Assembly: GCA_965263355.1 (NCBI GenBank)
Contig: CBDHHL010000032.1
Location: 2,048,001 to 2,112,000, forward strand
DNA length: 64,000 nucleotides
Source: Leptolyngbyaceae cyanobacterium
GTDB taxonomy: Bacteria; Cyanobacteriota; Cyanobacteriia; Phormidesmidales; Phormidesmidaceae
Direction: 5' to 3'
The translations under genes and the position numbers were made by a program. Position 1 is the stretch's first letter. Every line of letters begins with the position of its first letter. Below are positions 60,408 to 64,000 of the stretch, in pieces. Below the pieces are notes generated by a model, which was not told where the DNA came from, did not search any database, and was given only the letters and a program-made list of their open reading frames with translations.

Positions 60408-61595
60408 ATGGGTCAGATCAGGAACTACGCATTAGTTATTTCCTTAAGCGTAGCATTAACATTGTCTTCACTGAGACTCTTTCCTCAGTGGATAATTCCC
60501 CCCAGCGTGGCTGAGGTCAGTCCGCCACCAGCAGCACAGCTAGTACAAGCTGCAAGAGTTCCAGACAGTCCCCACAACTTTGTTGCAACGGCAGTTGATC
60601 GGGTGGGTCCAGCGGTTGTCCGAGTAGATACGGAACGTACGGTTGCTTCCAGTACGTCTGAGCCGTTTTTTGATGATCCGTTTTTCCGTCGTTTTTTTGG
60701 TGATGATGCTTTTCCCCAAGTGCCCCAAGAGTTTCGTCAACAGGGTCAGGGGTCGGGATTTATTGTTGACCGCAGTGGTTTGGTCCTGACCAATGCCCAT
60801 GTGGTCAGCGGTGCAGATAAAGTGACCATTACATTACGAGACGGTCGCACGTTTGACGGAGAAGTCAAGGGTACGGATGAGCCGTCTGATTTAGCGGTGG
60901 TTAAGATTAAGGGTGATAATTTACCGGTGGCGGCTGAAGGAGATTCGAGCCAGCTAGAGGTGGGGGACTGGGCAATTGCCGTGGGTAACCCTCTGGGTTT
61001 AGATAATACAGTCACCCTAGGGATTATTAGTACCCTGAATCGTTCTAGCTCCCAGGTGGGTATCCCAGACAAGCGTCTGGACTTTGTACAGACCGATGCA
61101 GCCATTAATCCAGGTAACTCCGGTGGTCCTTTGGTCAATGAGGAAGGCGAGGTGATTGGTATTAATACGGCGATTCGGGCCGATGCAGAAGGGATTGGTT
61201 TCGCGATTCCCATCAATAAGGCCAAGGAAATTCAGTCCTTTCTGGCTCAGGGTAAGCGGGTCCCCCATCCGTTTATTGGCATTCAGATGACCAATCTGAC
61301 GGTGGAACAGGCAAAGCAATTCAATGAAGATCCGAATTCGGTGCTAACGGTACCTGAGACGGAAGGTGTCTTGATTGTACAGGTGGTGCCGGATAGTCCT
61401 GCGGCCAAAGGCGGTTTGCGACGCGGTGATGTAATTGTCAAGATCGATGGTGAAGCCGTTCCGAATGCGGAACAGCTGCAGGATATTGTGGAAGGCAGCA
61501 AGATTGGTCAGGGTCTTCGCTTTGAAGTGATTCGGGGTGATCAGACTGAGAGTCTAACAGTGCGGCCTGGTGAGTTGCAAGATGCTGGTCAGTAA
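60408..61595 (+). CDS. HhoA/HtrA-family serine protease with PDZ domain
   Basis: GSGF, TNAHVV, DLAVVK, QTDAAINPGNSGGPL, PDZ. Confidence 0.95.
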   Translation: MGQIRNYALVISLSVALTLSSLRLFPQWIIPPSVAEVSPPPAAQLVQAARVPDSPHNFVATAVDRVGPAVVRVDTERTVASSTSEPFFDDPFFRRFFGDDAFPQVPQEFRQQGQGSGFIVDRSGLVLTNAHVVSGADKVTITLRDGRTFDGEVKGTDEPSDLAVVKIKGDNLPVAAEGDSSQLEVGDWAIAVGNPLGLDNTVTLGIISTLNRSSSQVGIPDKRLDFVQTDAAINPGNSGGPLVNEEGEVIGINTAIRADAEGIGFAIPINKAKEIQSFLAQGKRVPHPFIGIQMTNLTVEQAKQFNEDPNSVLTVPETEGVLIVQVVPDSPAAKGGLRRGDVIVKIDGEAVPNAEQLQDIVEGSKIGQGLRFEVIRGDQTESLTVRPGELQDAGQ

Positions 61596-61621
61596 ATGGA
61601 ATTTAATCGGGGTTAATGGAC

Positions 61622-61690
61622 TCGGATTTGTATGATTCAGGCCCTCAAACCCCCCAATTTTGGGGGCTTATGAAGTTATATCAAGTCCGA
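61622..61690. repeat. Palindromic intergenic element
   Basis: TCGGATTTG...CCCCCAATTTTGGGGG...CAAGTCCGA. Confidence 0.45.
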
Positions 61691-61815
61691 TTTTAGTAAC
61701 CCCAATTAAAATAGAGTAATCTCGTAAGGGCTGTGTCTTGTACCAGCCTAGCGATGCTAATGCCCTAATCAGGATTTTGTATAGCCGTTTTGCAAGGAGT
61801 AATTACTTAATCACT

Positions 61816-62229
61816 ATGCTGTTATGCCAACTTGAAATGCAAGCGTTGGATCCAGTTGCGCAAGAGCCGACTTATTATATTGTTGGTCGTTATGGGTTTG
61901 ATCCAGGTTTACAGGAACAGGAGGAGATCTGGATTAACTGGCAGATATGGGATAAGAAATTTGAGATTCAGTCCAGGGTGGTTGGACAGCGTAAAGAGGT
62001 CTATGTGGATGGTAAAAGTATTGCCCTGGGGATGAGTGAGGGTGAAAAAGAGAAGTTTTTAGCGATTTATCCGGATGGGATTGAGACGTTATCGAATGGG
62101 GCAAGTTTGTTTTTGTTGAGGATTTTTGTTGAGGCTGTGGATAAGGAACAGCTATTTGAGGTGCAAAAAGCCCTAGCTCAGGGTGAGCGCAGGCTTAGAC
62201 CCCAGGGACAGTTACCGAAAACAGAATAG
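61816..62229 (+). CDS. Hypothetical protein
   Basis: Open frame; start chosen at the in-frame ATG. Confidence 0.5.
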   Translation: MLLCQLEMQALDPVAQEPTYYIVGRYGFDPGLQEQEEIWINWQIWDKKFEIQSRVVGQRKEVYVDGKSIALGMSEGEKEKFLAIYPDGIETLSNGASLFLLRIFVEAVDKEQLFEVQKALAQGERRLRPQGQLPKTE

Positions 62230-62245
62230 TCGCGTCATTGAAATG

Positions 62246-63682
62246 TTAACGGGTAAAAATCAAGATGATGATTGATAGCAGCAAGATACTACATAGTAAA
62301 AGACTAAGGGTGAGCTGTTGCTTGAGTTGAGCGATGCGGTGGGTTGCGATCGCATCCACCTCGTCCATTATTTGTTCCTTCTCTCGTTTTCGAATTATCT
62401 CCTGTCTAGCGATTTCTCGTTCATAAATATAGGACTGGCTACTCATCAAAAACTGGTGATGTTCTTCACTTAAACTTTGACTACCTGCCCAAGTTCTAGC
62501 TTCTTGCAACGATTGTTTAGTGAGCAACCAGCGGTCATCGCACTTTGAGGATAGCCAATTATCCAACATCTTTTGGTAGGGACACAGGCAGGTTAATTGA
62601 CGTTCCACCCACCAGGGTCTAAAGATTTCGGCGTAGATTTGATTGGCAACTTTGAGATAGGCTCCTTCTTTGACAGCTAGCCCCGTCAGCTGTAGTTCGT
62701 TTTGTTCTGAGCTGCCGTCTAACAAGATAATGCGCGATTGTAATATGTCTCGATACACTTCTAACAGTCGCTGGGCACGGGAGCTATGGAGTAATCGGTC
62801 TTGAATAGTTTTGAGGTGTTCAGGGGTGTCTTGCTGTAGCCAGTCTTGGATGATTTTGCGTTCGACGAGTTTGTCGATATAGGGGGCTGGATAAGCCCGA
62901 GGTTCGATATCGGCCTCGCTGACAATGAGCTGGCATAGTTTTTGGGTTAAAAATGGCTGCCCACCGGTCCAGCGTAAAATGCTTTGAATCAGGCCTTCTG
63001 AATACTCTGATAAATGGGCAAGTCCGGCACTAAGGAGTTTGGCTTCATCTAGGGTGAAGCCTCTGAGTTGGATGGTGGTGCCGATGTTGAAAGGGGTGCG
63101 ATCTCGAGCTGAAATTAGCTCAGATGGGGTAGCTACACCAATCAGTGTGAAGGTCAGGCGACGATAGTCAGGCTGTTCGGCCCGTTCTTGGTAAAAGTAA
63201 CGGATGAGGGAAAAGAAGTCGTCGCTAAAGTCGAATTGAAACAGGCTATCGATTTCGTCAATAAAGATAACAATAGGCTGCTGGATTTCCTTGAGGAGAA
63301 CGTCCTCAATAAATTCGCTAAAGCGTTGAATAGGGGAGAGTCCGTCTCGTTCTTGCCACCAGGGAATAACTTTTAGTTTGATGCCCAGGCTACGGCTAAG
63401 CCGACGGATAACACCCAGGTACCAGGCGTCGGAAGTCATGCCGTGTTCGACGATGGCGGTGACTTCGATAACGCCGCAGGCGATGCCTTTTGCTTTGAGG
63501 CGTTGGGTGGTTTGTACCCGCAGGCTGGATTTGCCCATCTGACGGGCATTGAAAATATGGCAGTATTCGCTGGCCATCAGGGCCAGGAAAAGGTCTTCGT
63601 CGGCCTGGCGGGAGATGTAGGTGGGGGCATTCTGGCGTAGGGCTCCGCCGACAGTGTATTGATAGGCGGATGTTTCACTCAT
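62246..63682 (-). CDS. AAA-like (AAA_35) STAND ATPase with C-terminal TM
   Basis: YTVGGAL, ARQMGKSSL, IFIDEID, RTPFNIG, WTGGQPFLTQKLC. Confidence 0.9.
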   Translation of the reverse strand: MSETSAYQYTVGGALRQNAPTYISRQADEDLFLALMASEYCHIFNARQMGKSSLRVQTTQRLKAKGIACGVIEVTAIVEHGMTSDAWYLGVIRRLSRSLGIKLKVIPWWQERDGLSPIQRFSEFIEDVLLKEIQQPIVIFIDEIDSLFQFDFSDDFFSLIRYFYQERAEQPDYRRLTFTLIGVATPSELISARDRTPFNIGTTIQLRGFTLDEAKLLSAGLAHLSEYSEGLIQSILRWTGGQPFLTQKLCQLIVSEADIEPRAYPAPYIDKLVERKIIQDWLQQDTPEHLKTIQDRLLHSSRAQRLLEVYRDILQSRIILLDGSSEQNELQLTGLAVKEGAYLKVANQIYAEIFRPWWVERQLTCLCPYQKMLDNWLSSKCDDRWLLTKQSLQEARTWAGSQSLSEEHHQFLMSSQSYIYEREIARQEIIRKREKEQIMDEVDAIATHRIAQLKQQLTLSLLLCSILLLSIIILIFTR

Positions 63683-63760
63683 GGAATGTTTATATTAACG
63701 ATTACACTCAATTGCATTCGGCTCTTTTCTCTTGAATAGCTAGTAAAGTCTTCTGTCTAC

Positions 63761-64000
63761 CTAGGATTGAGTTTCAGGACGGCAAAAAGAAAGTGCTTCT
63801 ATTGGATTGGTTTCCAAGTATTTAGTTAAATGCTTGCAGCCAAGAGCTAGCAGACTGTCTAAATCATACATTGGCCACACACGAATAGTCTGATCACGAC
63901 TGACCGTAAATATTTTTTGTCCATCAGAGCTAAAGTTAGCATTCCATACATCATCGGTATGCCCCCTTAGCTCAGCAATTTGGCTACCAGAAGTAGTATC
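63761..64000 (-). CDS. C-terminus of a WD40-repeat protein (5' part outside the window)
   Basis: Hand translation: ...IAELRGHTDDVWNANFSSDGQKIFTVSRDQTIRVW..LDSLLALGC..L..YL...QS*. Confidence 0.85.
   Translation of the reverse strand, partial: DTTSGSQIAELRGHTDDVWNANFSSDGQKIFTVSRDQTIRVWPMYDLDSLLALGCKHLTKYLETNPIEALSFCRPETQS

Noticed and set aside
1..64000. tRNA, rRNA, transposase or integrase genes
   Set aside because: None recognised by eye

Overview
This is a 64-kb chromosomal window from a cyanobacterium: HIP1 GCGATCGC octamers are frequent, and it carries an fbp-tal-zwf-opcA operon, an rbp gene and an Npun_R2821-family gene. 1-21 kb is a Pfa/Hgl-type iterative type I PKS cluster (KS-AT-ACP, KR/DH, PfaB-like KS-AT). 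Next to it lie an HTH-NB-ARC-WD40 STAND protein, an RHH/heme-oxygenase-like/53-aa peptide operon, a two-component pair, an FAD oxidoreductase and a type II thioesterase. The main PKS appears to be split by a frameshift in an A10 run. 21-28 kb holds an orphan DNA methyltransferase, an orphan Cas6 with substituted catalytic residues, rbp, ppa and an HTH/coiled-coil gene. That gene's upstream region carries a phased array of RTCTY-N5-RAGAY palindromes in 21/12/21-bp modules, and the array recurs at 36.7-36.9 kb. 28.8-34 kb is an accessory defence-like island: a Bell-like/NLR pair sharing a putative amyloid motif, plus VapBC and HNH pairs each bracketed by ~114-bp REP-like repeats, followed by a highly structured non-coding stretch. 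36-64 kb is mostly ordinary genes (MocR regulator, FHA-CHAT protein, oxidative pentose phosphate operon, frameshifted sulfotransferase, PhyH, TamB, HtrA, AAA_35/WD40). All family assignments are by-eye motif recognition; no searches were run.
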